A stretch of 64,000 bases of DNA, from the IMG/VR virus record IMGVR_UViG_3300035180_002574, positions 117,178 to 181,177 of that record; one strand, written 5' to 3'. This stretch comes from a virus. Made by a program: the position numbers and the translations under genes. Each line of letters begins with the position of its first letter. Position 1 is the first letter of the stretch. Positions 1 through 11,000 of the stretch are shown here, piece by piece. The notes beneath the pieces were generated by a model, which saw only the letters and a list, made by a program, of their open reading frames with translations, ran no database searches and had not been told where the DNA came from.

Positions 1-3000
1 AGATTTTCTTGCCAACCTAATATTTTTACTGTTGGAGTATCCGTATCGTGAATCCATAATACTGGAGATTTATAAAGACCAATAATATCAGATGCAACTT
101 TATCTACACCTGGGGCACTTGTAACGAAGAAGGCTCCCGGGCTATATCCAGTGGTTGTTGAGAATCCAAACTCTCCAAATAAACCTGCATTGTTTGTGAT
201 TGGGATGGATAAATAACCAGTTTGATTAATATTTCTTTCGATAATCCATCTTCTAGCGTTACTGGTTCCTAAGAAAGTGATATTAACAGTTAATTCGCTA
301 ATATCGTTGTGTACAATATCAGTAATCCATGGGCTATCAAAGAAGTTTTCAGTAATAACACCATGAGAAGATGCTCCGTCCCAAGCTGGCATATCTACGG
401 TTCCGAAAGCAACGTAAGCTAAAATAGTCTTTCCATTTCTGTAGATTCTATTGTGGGTTACAATATTATTGGAGCCGGATACTAAAATTCCGATGTTAGC
501 AGGAATGCCAGATAATACGTTTTCATCCATACCTTTAACAGTATTATGGCTGATTTGACATGAGCCTTGTGAGAAAATTCCCCCATACTTATAAAGATAA
601 GTAATTGGAGTAATAGAGGTAGTATACCAATAACCCGCACCAATACTATTTCCAGTTATGATACATGGAGAATCTGGAACATCCGTGTCACTAGAAGACG
701 ATGCCGCTTGATGGATATTAGATGCAACTGTTATTGCATAGCCATAGGCATAGCCACCGGTAAATCCGTAACTTCCCGTTTCATTATCATTAAAATTATC
801 AAGATATGCTTGATCATATGCTACAAGTGAATTATTCACTACCTGTATAGAAGAGTCTGTGGTAGTAGTTATTGCGGCATGTATCCAATTTGATCTATTC
901 TTCGTGATAGTTACATGACCAGAAGCATATACGCACTTATTAACCGTTCTATCTCCAATAAGTGTATTAATCAGCTTGATTGGATACCAATAGTGGCCAG
1001 TGTGATCCATGGTTGCAATCAAGTGACACAAATTGTTTTCGATGATAAGATTTGACGTTTTATCATTTAATGAGTTAGGAACGATATTAATGAACTTAGT
1101 ATCGGCAGAAACCCAATATCCAATTGTTCCACAAATGTTATCTCTAATAACAACATTTTGCGCAATTAAACCTGATAGCATATTTCCGGTTGATGTTAGA
1201 TCAGTTTGAGAAGTTACCAATATCATTTGATTTCTATTGCATGTATTATTTGCAATTAATACATTAGCAACGGTTGGTCTTTGAGAGCCATCAATAGTTA
1301 CCGGCGCCTTATTAATAATAGCGATTGCTGCCGCAACATCATCCGCATTTGTTGAAACATTTAAGTTGTTGAACTTACAATTAGTAATTGTGACATTACT
1401 TAATATAGACGTATTGGTTGGTAGCTCAAAATTAATAAAACTTAATCTGAACTTGCTTCCCAATGGCGGATTATAATTAAATGTAACCCTATCTATAGTA
1501 ATATCTGTTATTGTACTAGCAACATTACAATAAATATATCCTCTTCCAGAATTAACAAAATCTCCAGGATTATAGGTAAATCCATTTGGCAAACCATTAG
1601 CCGGATCTGCTGCATAAATATCTGGTCCAATATTTGGATCATGTGTAGAGGTAACGCTCAATCTTGATAACACAAGGTTATTTGCGCTATTAACTAAAAA
1701 TTGAGAGAAATTTCCAATGAAAGAAGAATCAGTGATTCTAATTCCAGAATTTGGTACGTCAAATTCTGTTTGATGATTTATTAAGAATACGGTTCCCGGT
1801 GCTTGAGAGTCAACATATGCGAATTCAACTTCAACATGATTTCCTTCAAACCTAAAATCTTTATTATTTCCCAATTTGAATACGGCACCAGCATCGGCGG
1901 GAACTGTATAATTAACAAAGATTGTACAATCTTTAAAAGAAACATTTTCTGAATTAGTCAAATCAATAGCTATATTTCCAGACGGAGTAGTATCTACCTG
2001 CAAATGAATTTCGCAATTCTCGAAAGATAAATTTTTTGAGCTTGGTAAAATAGCTAGTTTTTTAAGGAAATCCACCCTCATGTTTCTGATGGTGAGATTA
2101 GATCCTAAGGTAACTAATGCATTGAATGTTAATTGCGCGTTATTTTCTCCTTCAAAAATTGTTGAGTGACCAAAATCCAATATCGTATTGCTGCTGATAG
2201 TTCCTGTAAGAGAATTTGCTCCATTAAAATTTGCAAAACTATTAAATGAATTATTATACTTAACCCAATTTATTATGGCTAGAGGATTCCTAAAATTACC
2301 CTGAGATTGTGCTAGGGTTAATTTCAATGGTAAATTACTATCAGCGTCATTAACATATCTTCTAGCATCTGTAGTCATTGAGAAAGATACATATGCTGGA
2401 AGTGGGGATGTTGTTAGCGTAGCTCCCACGATGTATAATATTGTTAAATCTTTTCTAGTATTGACGATATCTGAGAAAGTATTTGCATCAACAAAATAAG
2501 ATAGCCCGGTATTTGGATTAAATACCTTCATCATTCTGTTTGGATCATTTGGCGTGCCTAACGCAACATCATGGTCTAATAATGGTTGGAATTGATATTC
2601 TCCCTTTGAGTTAACACAAAGAGCCCAGTTTATACTGTAATATGTTCCGGAATAAAACTCTTGTAGAACTGGAATTGCTAATTTAGCATCATTCATTTGA
2701 ATGATCTTTCCATCTACTAGAACTTTACCACCATTAATATGAATTTGATCGTTATGAACAATAAATGGTGATGCCGACAAATCAAAACCAGAAATTACTC
2801 CATTCATATGCAATAATTTCTCTGGCAAAGAAATATAATTCAATGCAGAAGTGCTGAGATCTTTTTCTGAAGTATTTCCAAATTGACGGGCATCTTGAAG
2901 GTATGTGATTTTGTTTGTCACGTCATTTAATTGACATGTGCTAATCATCATTACTTCATCATCTAATGATAATGAAGGAAATAATTGAATATCAATATCT

Positions 3001-5642
3001 TGGTTCGTGAAAGAGCTTAATACGTCATTAGGATCAACATAAAAATCTATATAGTCATTTCCTGTGCTGTCATAGAATCTGGTGATTTCACCTTTTCTGC
3101 CGGTAGTATATTGACCATAAACAGTGTGTAGAGACCCGTCCCACTGAGTTAGCCAACCAGTATATACTCCGGTGGTATCATTATAGCTAGAAAGAGTAAG
3201 TGTAGTTTTTTGGATTTGTCCAAACTGAAAGCCTCTTAATTTTGGAGAAACTTTGATGATATTAAATTTCGCCAATTCTGAGTGAGAATATAATGGAATT
3301 GTACCGTTCACTGTGTTAGTTGAACCGCTAATATTCATTCTGGCGCGTTCATGAGTGAATGTTTTTCCATCCTGAGTAATGTAAACCTCTATATGTCTTT
3401 TAAATGCTGGTGGATTTGAAAGAGAAATATCGGATGCGTTTTCTTTATTAAAAGACACTGAACTGCTATCAAAATATAATGCCACACTACTTCCAATTGG
3501 AAGAGTAGCATATGGAGATAGTCCGGTAGCATGTATAGCATCATACACTACGACATCTGTAGTGGGTGTTGGCGTGCATCCAGAAAATGTTACTGATTTT
3601 ATAGTAAATCTTCCAAAATCAGTTAATGACCCACTTTTATTTAACGATTGAATTACTAAAGTCTTTCCAGCTTTCAAATTAGATGCAGAAAGATCTAGAG
3701 GTATTGAGTAGGTAACTTCTACGTGCCCAGATGGTGATGGCGCGGGAACCGGGTTAATTGCAGTCACGGTTGCTGTCCAATAAACATCACCATATCCATC
3801 AATGACTTGACCAATATCTGGGGCTAGCTGATCTCTTTCGGCTCCATTTACATAATAATTGTTTCTCTTTAAAGGAACAAATAATTTGGTTGCTTGAACG
3901 GCAGCGGCTGGAGAGCCATAAGAAGTCATGTATGGAGGACTTGCAATATTAGCTCCTGTCACACCAAATCCTAACGCATCTTTTATCAATCCTGTACTTC
4001 CAGCAAAAACGTCAACAACATTATTTGGGAAGTTTGATCTGGTAGCTGAAGTATCATATGATCCATCAGATGGATTAACAACTGCATTTAAAATTGAGAA
4101 AGCGGCATTGTTGTATGAGTCTGCTAGTTTTATTCCAAAATTACCATTATAAGAGAATGCAATGAATCTATAATTAAATCCTGGTACTCTAAAAGCATTG
4201 TTAGTTGTATTGACAATATAATCAATAGTATACTTACCTGGTGTTGTTCCTTGATTTCCAGTAATATCAATTGCTGGAAGAATAGTATATCCATCACTTG
4301 GATTACCAGTTGGATAAATTGCAAGATATAAGTTATAGTGACTACTATCTAACTGATCAGGATCAAACCAAACTCCTAGCACTTCGGCGCCTCTTGGAGA
4401 GCCGATAATTAAACTTGGAATTTCTGAGAAAGAATTGTTTGCTGGCGCAACTGCCAATACTCCATATTTATTTGGATTGACTAATGAACGATCAATTCTA
4501 GCAGTTGCGTTGGCTGTATATTGTAAATTCTTTCCGTTTATTCTAATAAGGAACTTTTTAATTAGTCCATTTTGAATATATTTTTTTTCTTTTATTAAGA
4601 AAGGAACTTCTACAGTTCCATAATTGACTCTTATGACGTCGCCAATTTTAACCAAAGCAAATTGTGCATCAAAAGAATTGGATGACAATAAACCTGCTGG
4701 TGGCAATAGTTCTACAATATCATCTCCCTTATCAATATCATCAAATGGCGAACTCATAGTTCCAGTGCTTAATAAGTAGGCTACTGCCGGAACAGTTTGC
4801 ACCAATGCCTGACCATAACCATCCGCTGTTAAAGAAGATGATCTTGATATCTTTGAAATGCCATTACTATATAAATTTTGAATTCTGCTACCAAGCAAAA
4901 AGATACTGGAACTATCGATGAAATCAGCAAATAATTGCAAATCATTCATTGTTTGAGGAATAGTATTAAATCTGTTCGTATTTAAAAATACTCCACTTGC
5001 AGTGTGAGCATAATTAGATGGATAGGTAGACCCATTGTTTGTTTTAATCTTACCTATTGTTCCGAAAGGAGAGCCATCTGCAAATTGATGCGCCAATAAC
5101 TCATTATTTATATCGTTTATTAACGAATAAGATTCAGCATTGTCTCTCAATAAGCCAAATTTATTCTTTAGATATCCAGATGGATCCGAAACTAAAATAT
5201 GTCTTAATTCATGGAAAAAAGAAAATCCAGAAATATGTGGCTCTAATTTTATTCCAGAGTCAGAAATCCATCCAGTGTCAATATTGATTTCTCTTGATAG
5301 GTCTCTTATGTAATTAAACAAATCAGAAGTCCTATAATCAAGACGTAGCTTTGATTCTGGAATGCCTGCATTATCAGCAATTTGTAAGTTAGTTACAGGT
5401 AATGTAACCAATCCTAAACTGGTAATTTCTGATGGTTTAATATGACCATCTGGTTGAATAGCAACGCCAAGTCTTTCAGCGAGAGAATTCATAATACCAG
5501 GGGCACCAATTCCCATTTGCTCTTCTAAAGTAATTACACCTTCGCGAGTAGCATTGATCGCATCGCCACCAATTTCGTTGATGTTATCATTTACGACTGG
5601 AATGCTAGAGTCATCATCAATTGCTGCTGGAAATTTTATCAT
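1..5642 (-). CDS. Giant virion protein (>=1880 aa, 3' end outside window) with parallel beta-helix (tailspike/depolymerase-like) C-terminal region
   Basis: ATG at 5642 (MIKFPAAIDDDSSIPVVNDNINEIGG...). Hand translation was open from the start to about 3770 and in later stretches checked, including the edge (..LWIHDTDTPTVKILGWQEN); absence from the ORF track fits a frame with no stop. Beta-helix-like repeats IANNTC/IRDNIC/IENNLC near 1000-1260. Confidence 0.85.
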   Translation of the reverse strand, partial: MIKFPAAIDDDSSIPVVNDNINEIGGDAINATREGVITLEEQMGIGAPGIMNSLAERLGVAIQPDGHIKPSEITSLGLVTLPVTNLQIADNAGIPESKLRLDYRTSDLFNYIRDLSREINIDTGWISDSGIKLEPHISGFSFFHELRHILVSDPSGYLKNKFGLLRDNAESYSLINDINNELLAHQFADGSPFGTIGKIKTNNGSTYPSNYAHTASGVFLNTNRFNTIPQTMNDLQLFADFIDSSSIFLLGSRIQNLYSNGISKISRSSSLTADGYGQALVQTVPAVAYLLSTGTMSSPFDDIDKGDDIVELLPPAGLLSSNSFDAQFALVKIGDVIRVNYGTVEVPFLIKEKKYIQNGLIKKFLIRINGKNLQYTANATARIDRSLVNPNKYGVLAVAPANNSFSEIPSLIIGSPRGAEVLGVWFDPDQLDSSHYNLYLAIYPTGNPSDGYTILPAIDITGNQGTTPGKYTIDYIVNTTNNAFRVPGFNYRFIAFSYNGNFGIKLADSYNNAAFSILNAVVNPSDGSYDTSATRSNFPNNVVDVFAGSTGLIKDALGFGVTGANIASPPYMTSYGSPAAAVQATKLFVPLKRNNYYVNGAERDQLAPDIGQVIDGYGDVYWTATVTAINPVPAPSPSGHVEVTYSIPLDLSASNLKAGKTLVIQSLNKSGSLTDFGRFTIKSVTFSGCTPTPTTDVVVYDAIHATGLSPYATLPIGSSVALYFDSSSVSFNKENASDISLSNPPAFKRHIEVYITQDGKTFTHERARMNISGSTNTVNGTIPLYSHSELAKFNIIKVSPKLRGFQFGQIQKTTLTLSSYNDTTGVYTGWLTQWDGSLHTVYGQYTTGRKGEITRFYDSTGNDYIDFYVDPNDVLSSFTNQDIDIQLFPSLSLDDEVMMISTCQLNDVTNKITYLQDARQFGNTSEKDLSTSALNYISLPEKLLHMNGVISGFDLSASPFIVHNDQIHINGGKVLVDGKIIQMNDAKLAIPVLQEFYSGTYYSINWALCVNSKGEYQFQPLLDHDVALGTPNDPNRMMKVFNPNTGLSYFVDANTFSDIVNTRKDLTILYIVGATLTTSPLPAYVSFSMTTDARRYVNDADSNLPLKLTLAQSQGNFRNPLAIINWVKYNNSFNSFANFNGANSLTGTISSNTILDFGHSTIFEGENNAQLTFNALVTLGSNLTIRNMRVDFLKKLAILPSSKNLSFENCEIHLQVDTTPSGNIAIDLTNSENVSFKDCTIFVNYTVPADAGAVFKLGNNKDFRFEGNHVEVEFAYVDSQAPGTVFLINHQTEFDVPNSGIRITDSSFIGNFSQFLVNSANNLVLSRLSVTSTHDPNIGPDIYAADPANGLPNGFTYNPGDFVNSGRGYIYCNVASTITDITIDRVTFNYNPPLGSKFRLSFINFELPTNTSILSNVTITNCKFNNLNVSTNADDVAAAIAIINKAPVTIDGSQRPTVANVLIANNTCNRNQMILVTSQTDLTSTGNMLSGLIAQNVVIRDNICGTIGYWVSADTKFINIVPNSLNDKTSNLIIENNLCHLIATMDHTGHYWYPIKLINTLIGDRTVNKCVYASGHVTITKNRSNWIHAAITTTTDSSIQVVNNSLVAYDQAYLDNFNDNETGSYGFTGGYAYGYAITVASNIHQAASSSSDTDVPDSPCIITGNSIGAGYWYTTSITPITYLYKYGGIFSQGSCQISHNTVKGMDENVLSGIPANIGILVSGSNNIVTHNRIYRNGKTILAYVAFGTVDMPAWDGASSHGVITENFFDSPWITDIVHNDISELTVNITFLGTSNARRWIIERNINQTGYLSIPITNNAGLFGEFGFSTTTGYSPGAFFVTSAPGVDKVASDIIGLYKSPVLWIHDTDTPTVKILGWQEN

Positions 5643-5693
5643 ATCTCACCATTTATGCTTGGTTTATTGTAGTTTATATATCTTATTTCAAGA

Positions 5694-6173
5694 TTATTGC
5701 TTGTTTTGGGTAGAATTATTTGCATCTGGTGCAGAAGGGGCGACATTTGTTACGTTCTGTGGCACAGGAATAGTTGTAACTACAGATGATACTGGGTCTG
5801 GAAGAATATTAGGGTCATTTATTTGAGCATTTGGAATTTTTGATAACACAAATGAAATAATAAATGAATTTACAATTCTATATCCTAATCCAGAAAGTAA
5901 TCCTCCTGCCAATCCCCAAGAAACTCGCGCACTTGTGGCACTCATATCCACCGGGTATGGATATTTCTTGGCAATTATAGCAAAAATAATTCCAATAATT
6001 ATTGGAAGAAGTGGAAGAATTAAATCTCTCCAAAGTTTTGATTCTTTAGCAACAAATTTGTTATTGACTAGCACATACTCGGCAATTCTTCTAATTATTA
6101 AAGTAATACCAAACACTGCAAGGCAAAAAAGGACAAACTGCCACGTAAAAAGGGCTAGCAATACATTATCCAT
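5694..6173 (-). CDS. Holin-like membrane protein (3 hydrophobic segments)
   Basis: Three hydrophobic stretches and a polar tail; start reassigned to ATG 6173 (MDNVLL) after SD GAGGAG. Confidence 0.55.
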   Translation of the reverse strand: MDNVLLALFTWQFVLFCLAVFGITLIIRRIAEYVLVNNKFVAKESKLWRDLILPLLPIIIGIIFAIIAKKYPYPVDMSATSARVSWGLAGGLLSGLGYRIVNSFIISFVLSKIPNAQINDPNILPDPVSSVVTTIPVPQNVTNVAPSAPDANNSTQNKQ

Positions 6174-6221
6174 CTGAATCTCCTCTTCAGTTATGCAAAA
6201 CAAGTAATATATGAGTAATTC

Positions 6222-6950
6222 TTATGTGGCATCAATATAAAAGCCAGCTATCCCATAATCTGTATTACATGGCGTTATACAACCATTCCCATGATAAAAA
6301 GCGGCTAAATAATATCTTTTACCTGCCGTCATAGTTCCTGCCGGAATTCTTGCAATTGCATGACCCTGATTTGTTAAATGTAACGAAAAACTCTGCAAAT
6401 TAACAAAAGAAAGATTGTCAGTATATAATTTAAAATCAACAATCCCATCAATAAAATTAAAAGAGCCTAAAGACTGTGTCAAATTAAATTGAAAATACCC
6501 ATCTGTTGCGGCTGATTGTGTATGACTGTTATAACCATCACTAATTATATTAGATATAGATTTTTGAACAATACACCTTTGAGTGGCACTATATGATGAT
6601 TTCCAAATATTGGATACACCAGAAAACAAAGCAAAAACGTTTCTATCTCCAAAAAAATATTCAGAACCATCCTCGCCCGGAATACCTCCCTGTAGATTTC
6701 CAGATACCATACTAATAGTAATATCCGTTATCCCAGTGGAATTATCTGCTTGTCCGAGAATTTCTTTTGTATCATTGTCAATAACAAAAACTGTACCACC
6801 ACTAATATAATCGCTTACATATTTTACGTGAATGGTAAATGTCATTGATTGACCACAATTAATTCCATTTGGATTATCCATAACAAATGTAGTTGTAGTA
6901 CCTCTAACATTTGTCATATTTATTTGCATGAATCCATTAATTATTGACAT
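6222..6950 (-). CDS. Ig-like beta-sandwich virion protein
   Basis: 242-aa beta-rich ORF in the structural operon; two DGY motifs. Confidence 0.5.
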   Translation of the reverse strand: MSIINGFMQINMTNVRGTTTTFVMDNPNGINCGQSMTFTIHVKYVSDYISGGTVFVIDNDTKEILGQADNSTGITDITISMVSGNLQGGIPGEDGSEYFFGDRNVFALFSGVSNIWKSSYSATQRCIVQKSISNIISDGYNSHTQSAATDGYFQFNLTQSLGSFNFIDGIVDFKLYTDNLSFVNLQSFSLHLTNQGHAIARIPAGTMTAGKRYYLAAFYHGNGCITPCNTDYGIAGFYIDAT

Positions 6951-6957
6951 GTGAACC

Positions 6958-8331
6958 TTAAGCGTCTGCTATGCAGACGGCTTGTATAACCATAATCCAA
7001 TTAACATTAGGATAACTTCCGCCATTAGTATATCCAGATTTAACCGTAATTGTATTTCCGGAGGAAATTATTGTAGGAGCCCCAAATAAGAAGGTGCCAT
7101 GTATAGATTCACTTTCATTAACTATATTAACTCCACCTGGAAATACTTGTACTGCGCTTCCATTCCAATAAAATGTAGCGCTTACATTTGCAGTATAAGA
7201 ATCTGCCTGCCCAACAAGCTTACCAACTAAAATAGCATCAACACGGGTAGTGGAATTAGATGGCACAGTAAAACTGTGTGTAATTGGAGTATCGCAGCTT
7301 GCTGATAAACCATGTGCTCGATATGAATATACGTATTCTTTTGACTCTCCCCATGTGCTGGGATTTGGTATTGATCCAATTGTAAAATTGTTACCATCAG
7401 ATTGTTTTATATTTAGTTTGCCACTATTTGAGTATAGAATCGCACCACCTACTGGTGTTCCTGTAGTTGGCATGCTTGCAGCGTCTGCTATGAACATTAC
7501 TAAATCGCCAGTTCCAGCCGGCATATTAGTATTTGTTATTAAAGATGATGCGCAAAGAGAAACTATTCTACCAGAAGAGGTATCTGGTTGTATTAATTGT
7601 AAGGCTGGAGATTCACTATTAGATAATGATAAAATTACTCCGCCTCTTTTTCTCCCCAAGGCTCCCGGTTCGCCTCCTTTTAACCAAAGATTTCCTCCAG
7701 AACCAATACCAAGACCCGTTTGAGCTTTTATTGTAAAATCAACTCCGCTTACATTGTGAGCTGGCGGAAATCCAGAACCAACAGCATCTGCCTGTGTAAT
7801 TAAAGGGGTGATAAATCTTGGATTGAATTTTATATTGGAACACAATACAGTTACAGACCCGGCGCCAGCCAAATCACCAGTAATTTGTACAATTTGTTGA
7901 ACTGAATTGGTTCCTATTAAATCTCCACCAGCAGTGAAATTATTTACTGGCGCCAATGGCGACCAAGAAAAACCATCCCAAGTTAATACATTACCTACTC
8001 CTGGCGTTGAGGTATTAACTGGGTTTCCCTGTATACCAATTACCTTCTGAATGTCCGCAGTTCCTCCAAGGTCTCCGCCTAACTTTATAAGTCCTTTAAC
8101 GGTGGGAGAGGCATCGGGCAAGACCGGAGGGGAAACAAGGTATGAAATTGCTTGCACAGCTTCCTGAACGGTATGTTTTATGTGACCGTCAACCATGACG
8201 GGAGGGGACATGTCGATTTGATTTGCTGTGTGTCTAAAATTATTTCCTTGAATATGATTTTCAAAATCATATCTGTCAGTAACAAGTCTTCCTACACCTG
8301 GTTTAAAATTTGGGGACGATGGATTGCTCAT
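6958..8331 (-). CDS. Tail fibre-like protein
   Basis: G/T/S-rich; repeated GDLxGT..Q.V..I.G units and GNVLTWDGFSW typical of fibre shafts. Confidence 0.6.
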   Translation of the reverse strand: MSNPSSPNFKPGVGRLVTDRYDFENHIQGNNFRHTANQIDMSPPVMVDGHIKHTVQEAVQAISYLVSPPVLPDASPTVKGLIKLGGDLGGTADIQKVIGIQGNPVNTSTPGVGNVLTWDGFSWSPLAPVNNFTAGGDLIGTNSVQQIVQITGDLAGAGSVTVLCSNIKFNPRFITPLITQADAVGSGFPPAHNVSGVDFTIKAQTGLGIGSGGNLWLKGGEPGALGRKRGGVILSLSNSESPALQLIQPDTSSGRIVSLCASSLITNTNMPAGTGDLVMFIADAASMPTTGTPVGGAILYSNSGKLNIKQSDGNNFTIGSIPNPSTWGESKEYVYSYRAHGLSASCDTPITHSFTVPSNSTTRVDAILVGKLVGQADSYTANVSATFYWNGSAVQVFPGGVNIVNESESIHGTFLFGAPTIISSGNTITVKSGYTNGGSYPNVNWIMVIQAVCIADA

Positions 8332-8338
8332 ATTTTCC

Positions 8339-9913
8339 TCAAGGAATTATTATTTTATGCGTATGACCAAGAGCAGGCTGAACAACACCATTTACAATTG
8401 AATGGTTATGACCCTGTGATACTGCTGTTGTTTGATTTATTTGAGATACTGATAAGATCTTCTCATTTATCACAATTTCATGTGTGTGCGGTGGTATTCC
8501 TAGAGAAAATCCTATTCCAGTATTTAATTTGGAAGGGAACATACTGGTGTCTCTGAAAATTCTAACCTGATAAGCCGGATCAGTCTTTCTAATTCTTTGG
8601 GCTCTAAACTTTTGTCCGCCCATTAGTGGTCCAAGAGTATTGTTTCTTGTAACTCCTAAAATTTCATATCTAAATTCTTCATTATTATCTTCGTCAAACA
8701 AAACAATAACATCTCTTTGCTTAATAATAGGTGCCGCCTGCATCCAACCATCTATTGTAAACTCTGATTCTAAACCAGCCTCATATACTTTTGTTTGTTC
8801 TTCAGCCGGGCTGACACGAACCATAATTCTACCATCAGATCTTCTTGGGTTGAAAAATTGCTCATATCCAATAACAAATTTTGTACCATGACATTTTGGA
8901 CATCTATCGTCTGGATTTTCTCCAGAAGCTAAGTAACAGGAACATATAATCCCAGTTCGTTCTCTTCTAATCAAAACTGCTGGACGACCATCAATGCTTA
9001 AGTGCAATTCTTGTCTTTGATTATTCTGGTCTTGTAATGACATGCCTCTTAAAATTTGCATATTTCCGTAACCATCAATACAGCCCATTTCTCCACCAAT
9101 GTAACTTCCGACACAAGTGCCATTCAATAATTGAACTGGATCTGTTCTATGATATCCTGCGTAATCATAAGCCGGATAATCAAGATTGCCTGGTTCACTG
9201 GCACTTAAATCGGTGCTCAAATAGTCTTTGGTAACTTGACGATAACCATCAACCAAAGTGAAAGAATTGTTAGGATATTCAAACCTGGCTTGACAAGCGA
9301 AAATTCTATCATAAATTTTAAATTCGGTTAATGTAAAAACGCTAACCGCTGGATCCCAAGTAAAATATCCATCATATCCGCCCACAGTATGTGAAGTTGC
9401 TATTGTATTGTGATAGCCTCTTTGAGCCAAAGATGCTAAAATCAAATTATTATTTACAGAGTCAACCGCAAGATATTGAATTAACTCCACTCCCACTTTA
9501 ATTATTCCAATAGTTGGGAATCCAGTAACATCCAACAAAGGAATGATGATGTCAGTTGCCGTAATATCATGTCTTAATAAACTAGTTGGATAAACTCTTA
9601 AATTATCATAAGCAATTGGAAGTAGCGATAGATCAGTTAAATTTTTATCATACTCTACTGGTCTAACTGCAAAAAAATATTCTTGCCCAGGAGTTAAATC
9701 AATAATGTTTGCCTCCAGAGAACCATCAATGGATACATATTTTACACCATCATAAAATACTCTATTTTTTTGGGTAGAATAATAAATATGATAAGCGATT
9801 CCATAGCCATCCGATGGAATCGCTTGAAACCACTTGACATTAATGGTCTGACCGTCGCCCAATGAGGAAACAGCGTCTGTGCCGACATTTACGTATTGCG
9901 GGTAATAAACCAT
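8339..9913 (-). CDS. Neck/head-closure-like protein with N-terminal Fn3-like domain, Cys cluster and C-terminal HxH repeats
   Basis: IIDLTPGQEYFFAVRPVEY (Fn3-like); CSC...CPKC; PHTH, GHNH, GHTH at the C-terminus; four DGY. Confidence 0.5.
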   Translation of the reverse strand: MVYYPQYVNVGTDAVSSLGDGQTINVKWFQAIPSDGYGIAYHIYYSTQKNRVFYDGVKYVSIDGSLEANIIDLTPGQEYFFAVRPVEYDKNLTDLSLLPIAYDNLRVYPTSLLRHDITATDIIIPLLDVTGFPTIGIIKVGVELIQYLAVDSVNNNLILASLAQRGYHNTIATSHTVGGYDGYFTWDPAVSVFTLTEFKIYDRIFACQARFEYPNNSFTLVDGYRQVTKDYLSTDLSASEPGNLDYPAYDYAGYHRTDPVQLLNGTCVGSYIGGEMGCIDGYGNMQILRGMSLQDQNNQRQELHLSIDGRPAVLIRRERTGIICSCYLASGENPDDRCPKCHGTKFVIGYEQFFNPRRSDGRIMVRVSPAEEQTKVYEAGLESEFTIDGWMQAAPIIKQRDVIVLFDEDNNEEFRYEILGVTRNNTLGPLMGGQKFRAQRIRKTDPAYQVRIFRDTSMFPSKLNTGIGFSLGIPPHTHEIVINEKILSVSQINQTTAVSQGHNHSIVNGVVQPALGHTHKIIIP

Positions 9914-9917
9914 ACTA

Positions 9918-9992
9918 TTATTCTAGTTTATTAGCCTTTTTTAAGGAGATTTTTATTTCGTGTAATTTGAAAGAGTTTCTCGACAAACACAT
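9918..9992 (-). CDS. Putative leaderless 24-aa ORF (MCLSRNSFKLHEIKISLKKANKLE) coupled to the downstream neck gene
   Basis: TATAAT at 10003-9998, ATG 5 nt later; stop 4 nt before the ATG at 9913, which lacks an SD. Confidence 0.35.
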   Translation of the reverse strand: MCLSRNSFKLHEIKISLKKANKLE

Positions 9993-10036
9993 GGGGTATT
10001 ATATAGGGAGAGTGTATATACTATCCGGGTCTAGTG

Positions 10037-10555
10037 TCAGACTTTTGCCATTAGGACTTCTTTTTTCTCTTCAATTTCTTTCTTACTATCAACATTATGA
10101 TGATCTAATAAGTTATCAACATAATCTTCAGCTTCATCCTCTCCAAAATGATCAGAGATATATTCAATCTGATTTTGAAAGCCTTCTTGTTCTGCTGGAT
10201 TGTCTAAATAACTTCCATCATCAGAACTTTGGGTAGGTCTATTTCCCGTTGTTTGTTGCAACCAATGAGTCATCTCATGAACACCATAAGAAAAGTCTTT
10301 GAAAAAATCACCATCTGTCAAAAGCTTATAATTATAAATGATAACGCCATGATCTGTTTTGGCGGACACATCAAGATCATCAAACATCATTGGAATATGA
10401 TCAAGTTCAGCAATATCAACGCCATACTCATCAAACATATTTTGCACAACCTTATCTTTTTTGAGATAGTTTCTCAACTTTGAAATAAGTCGGCGCTTAG
10501 TTCCATAAGATAGTTTTTTTACTTTAGATAGTGGTATTTTTTCTTCTTTTTTCAT
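10037..10555 (-). CDS. Zincin-like metallopeptidase (HExxH)
   Basis: VHEMTHWLQ plus downstream PAEQEG glutamate; ATGA overlap with the upstream gene. Confidence 0.55.
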   Translation of the reverse strand: MKKEEKIPLSKVKKLSYGTKRRLISKLRNYLKKDKVVQNMFDEYGVDIAELDHIPMMFDDLDVSAKTDHGVIIYNYKLLTDGDFFKDFSYGVHEMTHWLQQTTGNRPTQSSDDGSYLDNPAEQEGFQNQIEYISDHFGEDEAEDYVDNLLDHHNVDSKKEIEEKKEVLMAKV

Positions 10556-10950
10556 TTTGGATAATGTATCCAGCTTTTCATAAATGTATCATTATATTTT
10601 GTTAAATCTGGCTCTTTTATTTTTGCTTTTAAAGCATTTGTTAGAATGGCTGAACCTTCTGGGTCCGGAGTTGTAGAATTATTTATAAATACATTTCCAT
10701 ATGGAACTTTATTTTTAATTCCAGGAGATGCTGTAATTGTTTTAACATCTTCTATGGTTGTACCATTATAGATGTCTGTCATAATTTTGTTCTTATCAGC
10801 CGTTGAGAATAGCTTATTTAATAAATCTTCTAAATACAACATAGAAGTCTCCACTGGTGGTGTTTCCATTGGAGCAACCTGTGCGCGTTTATTTAATTTA
10901 TACTCAAACTTATCTGCCAATTTTTCTAACTGATCTACCGCTTTGCTCAT
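10552..10950 (-). CDS. Hypothetical protein with K-x-A motif
   Basis: SD AAGGAG; LNKRAQ motif near the N-terminus. Confidence 0.7.
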   Translation of the reverse strand: MSKAVDQLEKLADKFEYKLNKRAQVAPMETPPVETSMLYLEDLLNKLFSTADKNKIMTDIYNGTTIEDVKTITASPGIKNKVPYGNVFINNSTTPDPEGSAILTNALKAKIKEPDLTKYNDTFMKSWIHYPK

Positions 10951-11000
10951 GAAATAATCTCCTTAAAAATCTTACAAGTAATACGAAGAAAATGATATGG

